From the IMG/VR virus record IMGVR_UViG_3300047560_001345: DNA of 64,000 bases. One strand, given 5' to 3'. The DNA is from a virus. Both the position numbers and the translations under genes were made by a program. Position 1 is the stretch's first letter, and every line of letters starts with the position of its first letter. Of the stretch, positions 24,849-34,600 are shown piece after piece. Under the pieces are notes generated by a model. The model worked only from the letters and a program-made list of their open reading frames with translations, was not told the DNA's origin and ran no database searches.

Positions 24849-26420
24849 ATGGAGATCGTCCAGAATAAGGCGGTGCTCGTGAATACGCGGCACCCGCATA
24901 AAATCACAGAGGTGATTGAGAAAGCGACTATTGTGCAGCAAACAGAGCTACCCAATGGTCAGGTCGGGTCGACCGTGGCCGTGCCATGGAACATGCGGAA
25001 CACCAAGATCCTACGGAATCTGGGGTTCAAGAAAACGCCTGCCCCGATCACTGGCAAATACAAATGGCCCGGCATTTACACCCCGATGAAGCATCAGGTG
25101 GAGACGGCAGCATTCTTGACTATGCATCCTAGAGCGTTTTGTCTGAATGACATGGGTACGGGCAAGACCATGAGCTGTGCATGGGCGGCCGATTATTTGC
25201 TGGAGCGTGGGATTATCAATCGTGTGCTAATCATTGCCCCGCTGTCGATTCTCGACACGGCATGGCGGGCAGACCTCTTCAAATCGGTGATGCACCGACG
25301 AGTGGACATTGCCCATGGCACCCCAGAGAAACGCCGCGCTGTGCTCAAGGCGGGGGCTGAGTTCGTCATCATCAACTATGACGGTATTGAGGTGGTCCAT
25401 AAAGACCTGCTGGAAGGTGGCTTCGATCTCATCATTTGTGATGAGGCATCAGCCCTCAAGAACTCCAACATCAAACGCTGGAAGTTGATCAACCAATTGA
25501 TCTCCCCGGAGACTTGGGTCTGGCTCCTGACCGGTACGCCTGCAGCGCAGTCGCCTGATGAAGCCTACGGCCTCGCCAAGATGATCAACCCCAAGAGCGT
25601 GCCTAAGTACCACGGGGCCTTCAAGGATCTGGTCATGTATAAGGTCAGCACATTCCGCTATGTGCCGAGGAAGGAAGCCAAGGAGATTGTCCACCGCACT
25701 TTGCAGCCGGCCATCCGGTTCACCAAAGAAGAATGCATGGATCTGCCAGAGATGACTTACGTGGACCGTGAGGTTCCATTGACTTCCCAACAGGCAAGGT
25801 ATTATGAAAACTTGCGACAGGAGCTGCTCGTTGAAGCTGCGGGTCAGGAGATCAGTGCGATCAATGCTGCGGTTGAGATGAACAAGCTTCTTCAGATAAG
25901 TTCAGGCGCTGTCTATTCCGATACTGGAGAGATCGTAGCCTTCGACTGTAAGAACCGGCTGAATGAAATGCTGGAGATCGTTGAGCAGGCATCTCACAAG
26001 ACGCTTATTTTTGCGAACTTCAAACACTCAATTGACACTATTCAGGAGTTTTTAACCAAGCACAAGATCACTAATGCGGCCATCTCGGGCGATGTGTCCC
26101 TCAACAAACGGTCAGACATCATCCAGAGGTTCCAGACCACACCAGAGCCACACGTATTGGTCATTCAGCCGCAGGCGGCCTCCCATGGAATCACCCTGCA
26201 CGCAGCCAATACCATTATCTGGTGGTCACCCATCCCTAGCCTAGAGTATTATCTTCAGGCTAACGCCCGAGTGCATCGGGCAGGGCAAAAGAATCCTTGC
26301 ACCGTCATCCATTTGTTTGGTTCCACTGTGGAGCGGCAGATGTATACGCGACTGCAAGGTAAAAAAGAAGATCAGGCCAGCTTACTGGCCATGTACAAGG
26401 ACGTAATCGGGCTGACTTGA
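24849..26420 (+). CDS. SNF2/Rad54-like superfamily-2 helicase
   Basis: Walker A MGTGKT, DExx box LIICDEASALKN, helicase-C ...ISGDVSLNKRSDIIQRF...HRAGQ. Start at the ATG after SD AGGAGA; track start 24807. Confidence 0.85.
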   Translation: MEIVQNKAVLVNTRHPHKITEVIEKATIVQQTELPNGQVGSTVAVPWNMRNTKILRNLGFKKTPAPITGKYKWPGIYTPMKHQVETAAFLTMHPRAFCLNDMGTGKTMSCAWAADYLLERGIINRVLIIAPLSILDTAWRADLFKSVMHRRVDIAHGTPEKRRAVLKAGAEFVIINYDGIEVVHKDLLEGGFDLIICDEASALKNSNIKRWKLINQLISPETWVWLLTGTPAAQSPDEAYGLAKMINPKSVPKYHGAFKDLVMYKVSTFRYVPRKEAKEIVHRTLQPAIRFTKEECMDLPEMTYVDREVPLTSQQARYYENLRQELLVEAAGQEISAINAAVEMNKLLQISSGAVYSDTGEIVAFDCKNRLNEMLEIVEQASHKTLIFANFKHSIDTIQEFLTKHKITNAAISGDVSLNKRSDIIQRFQTTPEPHVLVIQPQAASHGITLHAANTIIWWSPIPSLEYYLQANARVHRAGQKNPCTVIHLFGSTVERQMYTRLQGKKEDQASLLAMYKDVIGLT

Positions 26421-26487
26421 CAGGCCCTCACTCGAGCATATAATCGAAATCACCTCGTCATTGTGGCGAGAGCAACAGGAGACAATT

Positions 26488-26886
26488 ATGACTGACGTAA
26501 CGGCCGACAGACTGGCTGCTGTCTACATCAAGATCCGCGATAAGCGGTCAGAATTAAAGCGCGCCTTTGAGCAGGAAGATGAAGAGCTCAAGGCCCAACA
26601 AGAATTGGTCTCGGAAAAGCTCATGGATATGATGAAGGCAATCAATGCCAATAGTCTCAAGACATCCAAGGGCACCGTGTCTCGCACCGTTAAGCACCGC
26701 TACACCACCACAAACTGGCCGGAGCTTTACGACTTCATCAAGAAGCACGATGCATTTGAGCTGCTGCAGCAACGCATCCATGAGACCAATATGAAGTCTT
26801 TTCTGGATGAGAATCCCGAAGAACTGCCACCCGGCTTGAACTGCTTGAGTTCATACCAAATTAGTGTCCGTCGATCTAAAGGTTGA
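26488..26886 (+). CDS. Hypothetical protein
   Basis: SD AGGAGA then ATG 26488; the track begins at a TTG. Confidence 0.4.
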   Translation: MTDVTADRLAAVYIKIRDKRSELKRAFEQEDEELKAQQELVSEKLMDMMKAINANSLKTSKGTVSRTVKHRYTTTNWPELYDFIKKHDAFELLQQRIHETNMKSFLDENPEELPPGLNCLSSYQISVRRSKG

Positions 26887-26916
26887 TTGACTGTACGTTT
26901 TGCCCCGGCCTATGAT
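26887..26916 (+). promoter_or_regulatory. Putative sigma70 promoter upstream of the SSB-like gene
   Basis: TTGACT, 18 nt, TATGAT. Confidence 0.4.
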
Positions 26917-26970
26917 GTGCGTCCTGCCGAGGGTACCCGTGGTTGTTGCCACGAGTGAATTAGGACGCAC
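26917..26970 (+). promoter_or_regulatory. 5' leader stem-loop: perfect 9-bp inverted repeat GTGCGTCCT...AGGACGCAC
   Basis: Starts at the predicted +1 and encloses 36 nt; SD GAGGA follows. Confidence 0.4.
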
Positions 26971-26997
26971 AAGGCTCCATACTTTTGAGGATTAATC

Positions 26998-27960
26998 ATG
27001 GCTAATGAAATTGCACTTTTCCGCGACAAGAACGCAGCACTCCCGGCAGCAGCTAGGGGTGTGGATGAAATTACCAAGGCCCTTATGGGCGGCAGCTCCG
27101 TCGGCAAGCGCATCTCTATTCTGGGTGGTGTCTGGCGTATGATCGCTGGCGGCGAAGAGATCGCAAAGAACGAAGACCGCAATCTGGACGTTGTCATTGT
27201 CAACGCTGCGGCCAAGACTTCACGCTCTTACTACAAAGGCACTTACTCGGAAGAGTCTAAGGGTCAGCTTCCTGACTGCTGGTCTAATGACGGCATCAAG
27301 CCCGACCCAAAGTCCGAAGCGCCACAGGCCAGTGCCTGTGCTAATTGCCCCATGAACGTGGCAGGATCAGGCCAAGGCACTTCACGCGCATGTCGCTTCC
27401 ATCGTCGTGTTGCAGTCGTGTTGGCTAACAACATCGAGCAGGGTGAAGTGTTCCAGTTGGTTCTTCCGTCCCAGTCTATCTTCGGTAAGGCTGAAGATGG
27501 CAAGATGCCTCTCGAAGCTTACGCTCGCTTCATCGGCGGCCACGGCCTCTCTATCAACTCTGTGGTCACCGAACTCAAGTTCGACACCAGCTCAGCAACT
27601 CCTAAGATTGTCTTCCGTGCGGTTCGCCCGTTGACTGAGGATGAGATGGATGCAGTCATCGAGCATGGTCAGTCACAGGATGCTATCAACGCGATCACCT
27701 TCAACCCGGCACAGACCGATCGTCAGGGTGCTGCTGAGAAGCCTGCGGCTGAAACAAAGAAGGTTGAGAAGAAGCCTGCAGTCTTCCGTGATGAGCCTGC
27801 GGAAGAACCGAAGCCTAAGAAGGCCAAGGCAGCTCCTGCACCGGTTGAAGAGCCTGAAGAGGAAGAAGCACCGCAGGTCCGTAGCAAGGCTAAGCCTGCT
27901 GAAGAACCGAATGAACTTGCGGCCGTACTGGGCGCATGGGGCGACGATGATGATGAGTAA
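26998..27960 (+). CDS. Putative ssDNA-binding protein with a Cys/His zinc module and an acidic Asp-rich C-terminal tail
   Basis: CWSNDG...ACANCPMN...ACRFH; Lys/Pro/Glu-rich linker; terminal ...GAWGDDDDE. Own promoter and terminator, located between the helicase and primase genes. Confidence 0.45.
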   Translation: MANEIALFRDKNAALPAAARGVDEITKALMGGSSVGKRISILGGVWRMIAGGEEIAKNEDRNLDVVIVNAAAKTSRSYYKGTYSEESKGQLPDCWSNDGIKPDPKSEAPQASACANCPMNVAGSGQGTSRACRFHRRVAVVLANNIEQGEVFQLVLPSQSIFGKAEDGKMPLEAYARFIGGHGLSINSVVTELKFDTSSATPKIVFRAVRPLTEDEMDAVIEHGQSQDAINAITFNPAQTDRQGAAEKPAAETKKVEKKPAVFRDEPAEEPKPKKAKAAPAPVEEPEEEEAPQVRSKAKPAEEPNELAAVLGAWGDDDDE

Positions 27961-27987
27961 GGGTTAATTATTATTTAGCCCACCAAG

Positions 27988-28014
27988 AAAAGGGGAGCAC
28001 TGCTCCCCTTTTCT
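27988..28014 (+). terminator. Rho-independent terminator after the SSB-like gene
   Basis: GGGGAGC-act-GCTCCCC followed by TTTTCT. Confidence 0.6.
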
Positions 28015-28040
28015 CACTCATATTTAGGAGCACAGGTACT

Positions 28041-28529
28041 ATGCACAGTGCAATGCCATCGCAATGTTTGCTAAGACAATTGTTTGATTACGACCCCAAA
28101 GATGGAAAGTTGTATTGGAAACGCTCAGGCAAAGTCGCCGGATCTACAGACAGTAGTGGGCACAGGCAAGTAAAAATAAAGGGTGTAACTTATCAACTGC
28201 ACAGAATTGTTTGGCTGTGGTGGTACGGTGATGGCTCTTTACCGATGTGCCAACTAGATCATATTGATAGAGATCGAAGCAACAATCGGATAGAAAATCT
28301 TAGGTTGGCGGCACGTAATGATTCCGACAACCAACAAAACACATCTCTTAGGAAAGATAACACTTCTGGTATTAAAGGCGTCTCTTGGATTGCGCGCATA
28401 AGGAAATGGGAAGTACAAATCCAGACGGATAAGAAAAAGAAATATGTGGGTGTTTATGAAAACCTATTAGATGCAGTGGCCGCACGCTTAGCCGCGGAAA
28501 AGGAGCTTTTTACTTTTCTGCATCAGTAG
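28041..28529 (+). CDS. HNH-AP2 homing endonuclease
   Basis: HRIVWLWWYGDGSLPMCQLDHIDRDRSNNRIENLR plus AP2-like GVSWIARIRKWEVQI...GVYENLLDAVAARLAAEKELF. Confidence 0.8.
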   Translation: MHSAMPSQCLLRQLFDYDPKDGKLYWKRSGKVAGSTDSSGHRQVKIKGVTYQLHRIVWLWWYGDGSLPMCQLDHIDRDRSNNRIENLRLAARNDSDNQQNTSLRKDNTSGIKGVSWIARIRKWEVQIQTDKKKKYVGVYENLLDAVAARLAAEKELFTFLHQ

Positions 28530-28538
28530 GAGAACAAG

Positions 28539-31532
28539 GTGAACAGGCGGGAATTTTTCAACACATTATTCGGAGATGAACCTCAAGGATGGATATGCAT
28601 CCGGGGGATTTATTTCAAACCAAGGCCCGGTCAGGGTCCTTACCATATCTGGGCAAAGGATTTTGATGAGGCTGATCAAGCAATCGAACACTTTCAGTCT
28701 GAAGGCAGGGAGCCTTACTATGTCCCCGGGCTGTTCAAGGAGAAAGGTGATAAATACAGCGGTGCTACCGCATCCAACGTAAAAAGCCATCGATCGTTCT
28801 ATGTGGACATCGATTGTGGTCCAGATGCTAAGAAGCCCTATAAGACCCAGAAAGAAGGTCTAGCGGCCCTACAGCAATTCTTAACCCACACAGGGCTGCC
28901 CATGCCTACGCTGGTCAGTTCTGGTTATGGCATCCACTGCTACTGGATCATGGACCGGGACATCCCATACGACCTATGGAAGCCGGCTGTCATGGGTCTG
29001 GTGGCTAAGGCCAATGAGTATCAGTTTGAAACCGATCGACGTGTGATCGGAGACGGCGCATCACTTCTGCGCCCGCCAGACAGTTTCAACACCAAGAATC
29101 CCGACAAACCCAAGCAGGTCAAGGTGCGGCACGCTGCCCCGGTGATGACACTGGAAACTTTCCAACGCATCATCCCTGTTGCGCTAACTCATGGTACGGT
29201 CAATACGTCTATTGACCCGATGACCAGCAGCTTGATGGGTGAGTACCCGAGCTGCAGTTTTGACGTATTGCTTCGCAAAAGCCTCATCACTAAGCAAATC
29301 AAAGTCCCGGTCAAGAAGATCATTAAGGACAAGGATGGCAATGATCAGGCTGTGCTCCGAGAGGAACCTGTGGAAGCCTGTGCTGGCTGTCAGCAGATCA
29401 AGAAGTGTTACGAGGAACGTGCGCACCTTGAATACGATATGTGGCTTCTTGCCCTGTCTGTGGCTCAGTTCTGCACCGATGCAGATGAAGCAATTCAGCT
29501 CATCTCAGAAGGTCACCCAGACTATGATGCTGTGGCTGTGGCTAAGAAAGCTGCGTCTCTCAACAAGGGACCAGCCGCGTGCGCGGCATTCCAACAGAAA
29601 AACCCTGATGGTTGCATCGGATGTGTTCATCGGACTCAAGGCAAGATCAAAGGCCCAATCAGTCTGGGTCGCTCAGTAGAGCTTTCCACTGCGTCTGATT
29701 TGATCATTGAGAACGTGATCCATGAAGGGCTGCCCGGAGAGACCACAGTCGAAGCACCTCTTTCCTACCCAGCACCATGGGCCCGGCCCAGACAGGGTGG
29801 TGTAGTCCGCAGGGACTTTGATGAAGTCGAGCAGGCTGAAGAGGCCGGCGAATCCATGGAGACCTTTGTCTATGGTAACGACCTCTGGGTGAAAGAGCTG
29901 ATGCAGGATGAAGATGAGGGTATGGCATTGCACATGGTGCATGTACAGCCGTTCGGCCCCCACCAGAAGCGTGCAGTGCAGTTCATGATCCCTTATGAAG
30001 AGATTGCCAAGCAGGACACCCTACAGAAGCGTCTTGCGCATCACGGGGTCCATGGCGCCTTTTTTAAAGGGACCACTGCCTTGCTTCAGCAATACATCCA
30101 AGCGTGGGTTGTGCAGCTTGAGAGGGAGACTAAACCGGGTATTGCTCGGGCTCACTACGGCTGGCATGAAGGAAGCTTTGTGGTTGGTAAGCGTGAATAC
30201 GTGGCCAACATGAGCCCAACCTACAGCCCGCCTTCCAAAGCTACAGCACACACGGCTGATGCGTTTGATCCGGTAGGATCACTTGCTGAATGGGTTGAGA
30301 TGGCGAACCTGTACGGGGCCCCGGGTAATGAGGCCAAGGCATTCACCATGTTCATCGCCTACGGCGCTCCGCTCTACAAGTTCTTGGAGCTAGGTAGCTG
30401 TCTGGTGCATCTGTCCAATAAGGAGTCAGGCGTGGGTAAGTCGACCAATCAGAGGGTCGGTGCCAGTGTCTGGGGTGACCCCAAGGAACTCATGCTCTTG
30501 AAGACCGATACCGACAATGCTCGGTATCATCAGATGGGTGTGTACAGGCACTTGCCTGTGTGGATCGATGAGATTACCAACATGGACCCGGACGAGCTGA
30601 GTGAGCTGGCGTACCGCATCTCGGAAAACCGAGGCAAGCATCGTCAGTATTCACATAGTAACTCACTGCGCAGGAACCAGACCAAGTGGGAAACCATTGT
30701 GGTCTCATCAGGTAACAACAGCCTGTATGACACCCTGAAACAGCATCGGATCAATCTTGGTGGGGAAATGAACCGAATCATCGAGCTGAACATCGATGTG
30801 AAGGACGCCCTGACTCAAGAGGAAGCCAGCCATTGGTATGAGCATGTGTTGCCAAACAACTATGGTCTAGCCGGGCACATCTATGCGCAGTACCTTGCGG
30901 ATATGGAAGATGATCTCAAACGGGAAACTTTTGAGACTTACCAGAGCTACGTGAAGAAGTTCAACTTCAAACGTCAGCATCGGTTCTTCCGAGGTGTGTG
31001 CGCAGCCGTGTTCACTGGTGCAAGAGCTGCTAAAGCTTTAGGTCTGCACAACATCGATGTAGACCGGGTGGAAGCATGGGCTATCCAACAGCTTGGCGAT
31101 ATCACAACCGTGATGAAGGAGTCTGTAGAGCAGGATGCATTGCAGACGCTGGGTCAGTTCATCAACGAGAACAAGCGCAATGAGCTGATCGTGAACCATG
31201 GGGAGATCACAGCAGGTGGCTTAGCCATCTCTGAGATGCCCATCAAGGAGCCTTTGGGCCGACTGGTGATGCGCATGGAGCGTGACACCGACAGACTGTA
31301 TATCGCCTCGTCACCTCTTAGATCGTGGTGTGCAGATCACCGAGCACACTTTGATGCGATGATTGCTGAAATGAAAGCCAAAGGCGTGTTGATCTCTTCA
31401 TCTCAGTTCAAGGCACTTGCGGCCGGGACAGCGAGCCCCGGCGTCAGCGTGAGATGCATCGTTATTGATATGGCAAAGGTTCACATATTGAACAGTGACC
31501 TTGCCGCAGAGATTGAGCATCCCCTACAATAG
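28539..31532 (+). CDS. Bifunctional AEP primase/polymerase-like N-domain plus D5-type (SF3) helicase
   Basis: AEP motifs FYVDIDCG and SGYGIHCYW; Walker A LSNKESGVGKST; Walker B/D5 LPVWIDEITNM. Confidence 0.85.
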   Translation: MNRREFFNTLFGDEPQGWICIRGIYFKPRPGQGPYHIWAKDFDEADQAIEHFQSEGREPYYVPGLFKEKGDKYSGATASNVKSHRSFYVDIDCGPDAKKPYKTQKEGLAALQQFLTHTGLPMPTLVSSGYGIHCYWIMDRDIPYDLWKPAVMGLVAKANEYQFETDRRVIGDGASLLRPPDSFNTKNPDKPKQVKVRHAAPVMTLETFQRIIPVALTHGTVNTSIDPMTSSLMGEYPSCSFDVLLRKSLITKQIKVPVKKIIKDKDGNDQAVLREEPVEACAGCQQIKKCYEERAHLEYDMWLLALSVAQFCTDADEAIQLISEGHPDYDAVAVAKKAASLNKGPAACAAFQQKNPDGCIGCVHRTQGKIKGPISLGRSVELSTASDLIIENVIHEGLPGETTVEAPLSYPAPWARPRQGGVVRRDFDEVEQAEEAGESMETFVYGNDLWVKELMQDEDEGMALHMVHVQPFGPHQKRAVQFMIPYEEIAKQDTLQKRLAHHGVHGAFFKGTTALLQQYIQAWVVQLERETKPGIARAHYGWHEGSFVVGKREYVANMSPTYSPPSKATAHTADAFDPVGSLAEWVEMANLYGAPGNEAKAFTMFIAYGAPLYKFLELGSCLVHLSNKESGVGKSTNQRVGASVWGDPKELMLLKTDTDNARYHQMGVYRHLPVWIDEITNMDPDELSELAYRISENRGKHRQYSHSNSLRRNQTKWETIVVSSGNNSLYDTLKQHRINLGGEMNRIIELNIDVKDALTQEEASHWYEHVLPNNYGLAGHIYAQYLADMEDDLKRETFETYQSYVKKFNFKRQHRFFRGVCAAVFTGARAAKALGLHNIDVDRVEAWAIQQLGDITTVMKESVEQDALQTLGQFINENKRNELIVNHGEITAGGLAISEMPIKEPLGRLVMRMERDTDRLYIASSPLRSWCADHRAHFDAMIAEMKAKGVLISSSQFKALAAGTASPGVSVRCIVIDMAKVHILNSDLAAEIEHPLQ

Positions 31533-31570
31533 CGCCTGACAGTGCAAGCGACTTAGCAGGAATGTGCTCT

Positions 31571-31601
31571 GGCCCCGGTATCTCCTCCCGGGGCCTTTTT
31601 T
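31571..31601 (+). terminator. Rho-independent terminator at the convergence point of the plus and minus blocks
   Basis: GGCCCCGG-9 nt-CCGGGGCC followed by TTTTTT. Confidence 0.7.
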
Positions 31602-34600
31602 ATTCCTCTTCGCTCGCTCTCTTTTCCAAATCTTCCAAGCTCTTGGTGATCTCCCGCCTACGCGCAATCACCTCTTGCAGATCCTTCTCAGCCGCTTCCG
31701 CGCTCTTATAGTCCTTGCTGTTCTTGATGCGGTCTTCCTGCATCTGCAGTGTAGAGAGAACACTCTTGAGATTCTGAGCCGCCTTGGCGTAGCGACCTTC
31801 TTCCCTGAACTTATCAGCAACCCCCTCAAAACCGTGGCGCTGTGCATATCTGGCGCTGTGCGCATTGAGTGCTTGCTCTGCAGCAAACTCGTACGCCCGT
31901 GACCGGTCGACCATATCAGGATTGGAGATAGCACCAGTGATGTCCCGAGCGAGGTCCACTATATCTCTGATCTGCTGCCTGCCATCAGGCTGACCAAACG
32001 CAGAGGTAACACCTGCTGCAATACCCTTGGCCGCAAGCTCGCCAACCTTGGCGATTGACGGTGTGTAACCCGTAGCCAGATAACGAAGCGTGGCCGGAGA
32101 AACAGCGCCGCCAGTAACGTCAGAGAAGAAGTCGGCTGCCGCTGACTTACCGCGTTCCCGCAACTCAGGCCGCAGTGACTGATCACCGATCGGACGGGTT
32201 TCACCCGGGCGGAGAGATAGCTTGTAGCCTACCGCAGATTCGAGAAGCGGGCGGACAAGATACGGAACACCGGGCAATTCAGATCCGGGCGGCATCAGAT
32301 CCCGCCACAAAGTGCCGACCATCATGTCTTTTGCATCACGTGGATCTTTACCGAGCGATGCCGTAACAATAGCTTCTGGAACTGCCTTGAAGACCGTGGT
32401 TTCAAACGCCGCTGGAATCTTCATCAGGTTGTTAGTGCCGGGTAAAGGCACATACCAGTTACGGGCGCGGTTTTCGGCGCTCAGGTTTTGGTAGTCCTTA
32501 TTGTCGGACATGAAAGCTGAATAGGCTGTAGCCATGGCGGCCATCGCTGCGGCGTGCCCCCAGAAAGTCTTCATGACCGCTTTTCCTTCAGAGCTATTCC
32601 GATCAAACCCGTAGCCCGTGGCGTGGCGGATGAGAGCATCCATACCCTGAGCCCATGAGTTGAAGAACGGAATGGTGCTGTTGAAGTATTGCGCCGATGC
32701 AGCGGTGCCTCGGTTTGCAAAATTCAGCATATCGCCAACACGTTGGATGGCACCTTCACGTGCCTTCTCAGGGCTCATGCCCTGCTTCAGAAGCTGCTGC
32801 TCGTACTCACGCATGACCGTGACCTTGGATGCAGCGTCGATATTCTCCTGTACCTTTTGGCCCAGCTTCTTGGCATTATCGTAATAGAACGCTGCCTTCT
32901 CTTTCAGAGTGCTAGGGTCAATGTTGGCTTTGCCAAGCTGGATCAACCGCTCATCACTCAGGTAGTCGTGAGATCCTGAAATGCCTCGGCCTTTAAGTTC
33001 TTGGTATGCCTGCCGTGCAGTGCCCTTACCCGTAGCCAGCTCAGTCAATGCACCCATAGCTTTGAACGGGGCAAAGAAAGATTTAGCGCCTGCGCCTGAC
33101 ATGAAGGCTGACATGACCGGTTCGCGCCACATCTGGCGGTACCAGTAGGCCGGATCGATCAGCATCCACTGGCTGAGCTCTTTGGTGACAGCACGGGTGA
33201 TCTTGCCGAGCTTGCTGCGCGGCGCATTGTTGATGATCTGATACGCATCAAACAGCCCGTCGTCTTCTACCCGGTAATAACGCCGCTTGCCGTCTTCCAT
33301 GACTGCTACGAGATGCGCAGTATCCTTCGGGATACGGCCGGCCGCTGTACGCTTGGCAAAGCCCATTCCCGCAAGGTCCGCCAGAGTGGCTCGCTTTGAG
33401 TTGTTGTGGATAGCCCATGCACCGACCTTAGCCTGATGCCTGAACATGTTCTGCAGGAAGTTAACCCGATCCATGTCTTCCGCGCCGCGGCCGCCCCGGA
33501 GTTTCTTCGGAGTACCTACACGCTTCTGGCCACCACCGACAAAGAAATAGTCACCACGCCCTTCCAGATCGTCATTAAGATCCTCGATGCTCTTATAGAG
33601 CGGGGCGTAGTCATACTTGTCAGCAATGAATGACTGATAGGTCTTGTCAGAAATGACACCCGTATCCCGTAAGAGTTTGGCATTCTGCTTGTAGAGCTGG
33701 CGAACATTCTGCGCCATCTCTTTAACTTCAGGAGAGCTGTTCAGGAATGCCCGGGCCTCCGCCACAGCTTCATCTGACACGTCGAAGACCTTACCATCCT
33801 TCGTATGCTTCACACCTTTGTAGCGGGTCTCCACATTGTGGATGAGCGCCTTACGTGCCTTGATGACATCACGCGCAGCTTTCTGCTCTGCTTTGAGCGC
33901 CTTGTGATCACCCTCTAATTGCTCGAGACGGTCTACATCGATGTCTTTATCCGGCAGCGCCTTAATGTCCGCAATCTCTTGCTTCTGCTTATCAAGCACA
34001 TCCTGCCGAGAGTAAAACTCAGACTCGACTGCCGCCAGTTCACGGCGGTTATCCTCAAGCAATTGGCGGTGTTCTTCCGCCCGGAGATTGTGCCCGTTCT
34101 GTGCCAGTGTGTTGATAGCCTTGGCAAACTTGTCCTGCGCTTCCTTACCCATAGCAAGGAACGATTCCTTGATCTTCATCGGGTTGATCGCATCATCATT
34201 GCGCGTTGCAACGAGACCATACTTGTCGAGGTACAGGTAACCCGACTCAAGCGCATGGTTGATGATCTGGATGTCACGGGTCGACTGCGCCATTTTGGCT
34301 GTTGACCGGATCTGATTGCCGTTTCTTGAGTAGAGCGGAAGTTCTCTCAATACATACTCGATCGGTGACCGTGCATTGACCAGAGCCGCCCGGGCCCGGG
34401 TGTAATACTTGTCGAACCAATTGTCGTATTGGATCGTCTTGACTTCCTGCTCCACATCTTCAGCCGCGTGGCGGCGTGAGTAGAGAGGTTCTGCACCTTC
34501 GGCGCGAGCTGCCGTCTTGACCTTTTCACCCTGCTTCAGAATGGCATCAGCCATCGGCCCGAAATCATCTTCACGCAACCACTTGGCGCTGCCCGTCAAT

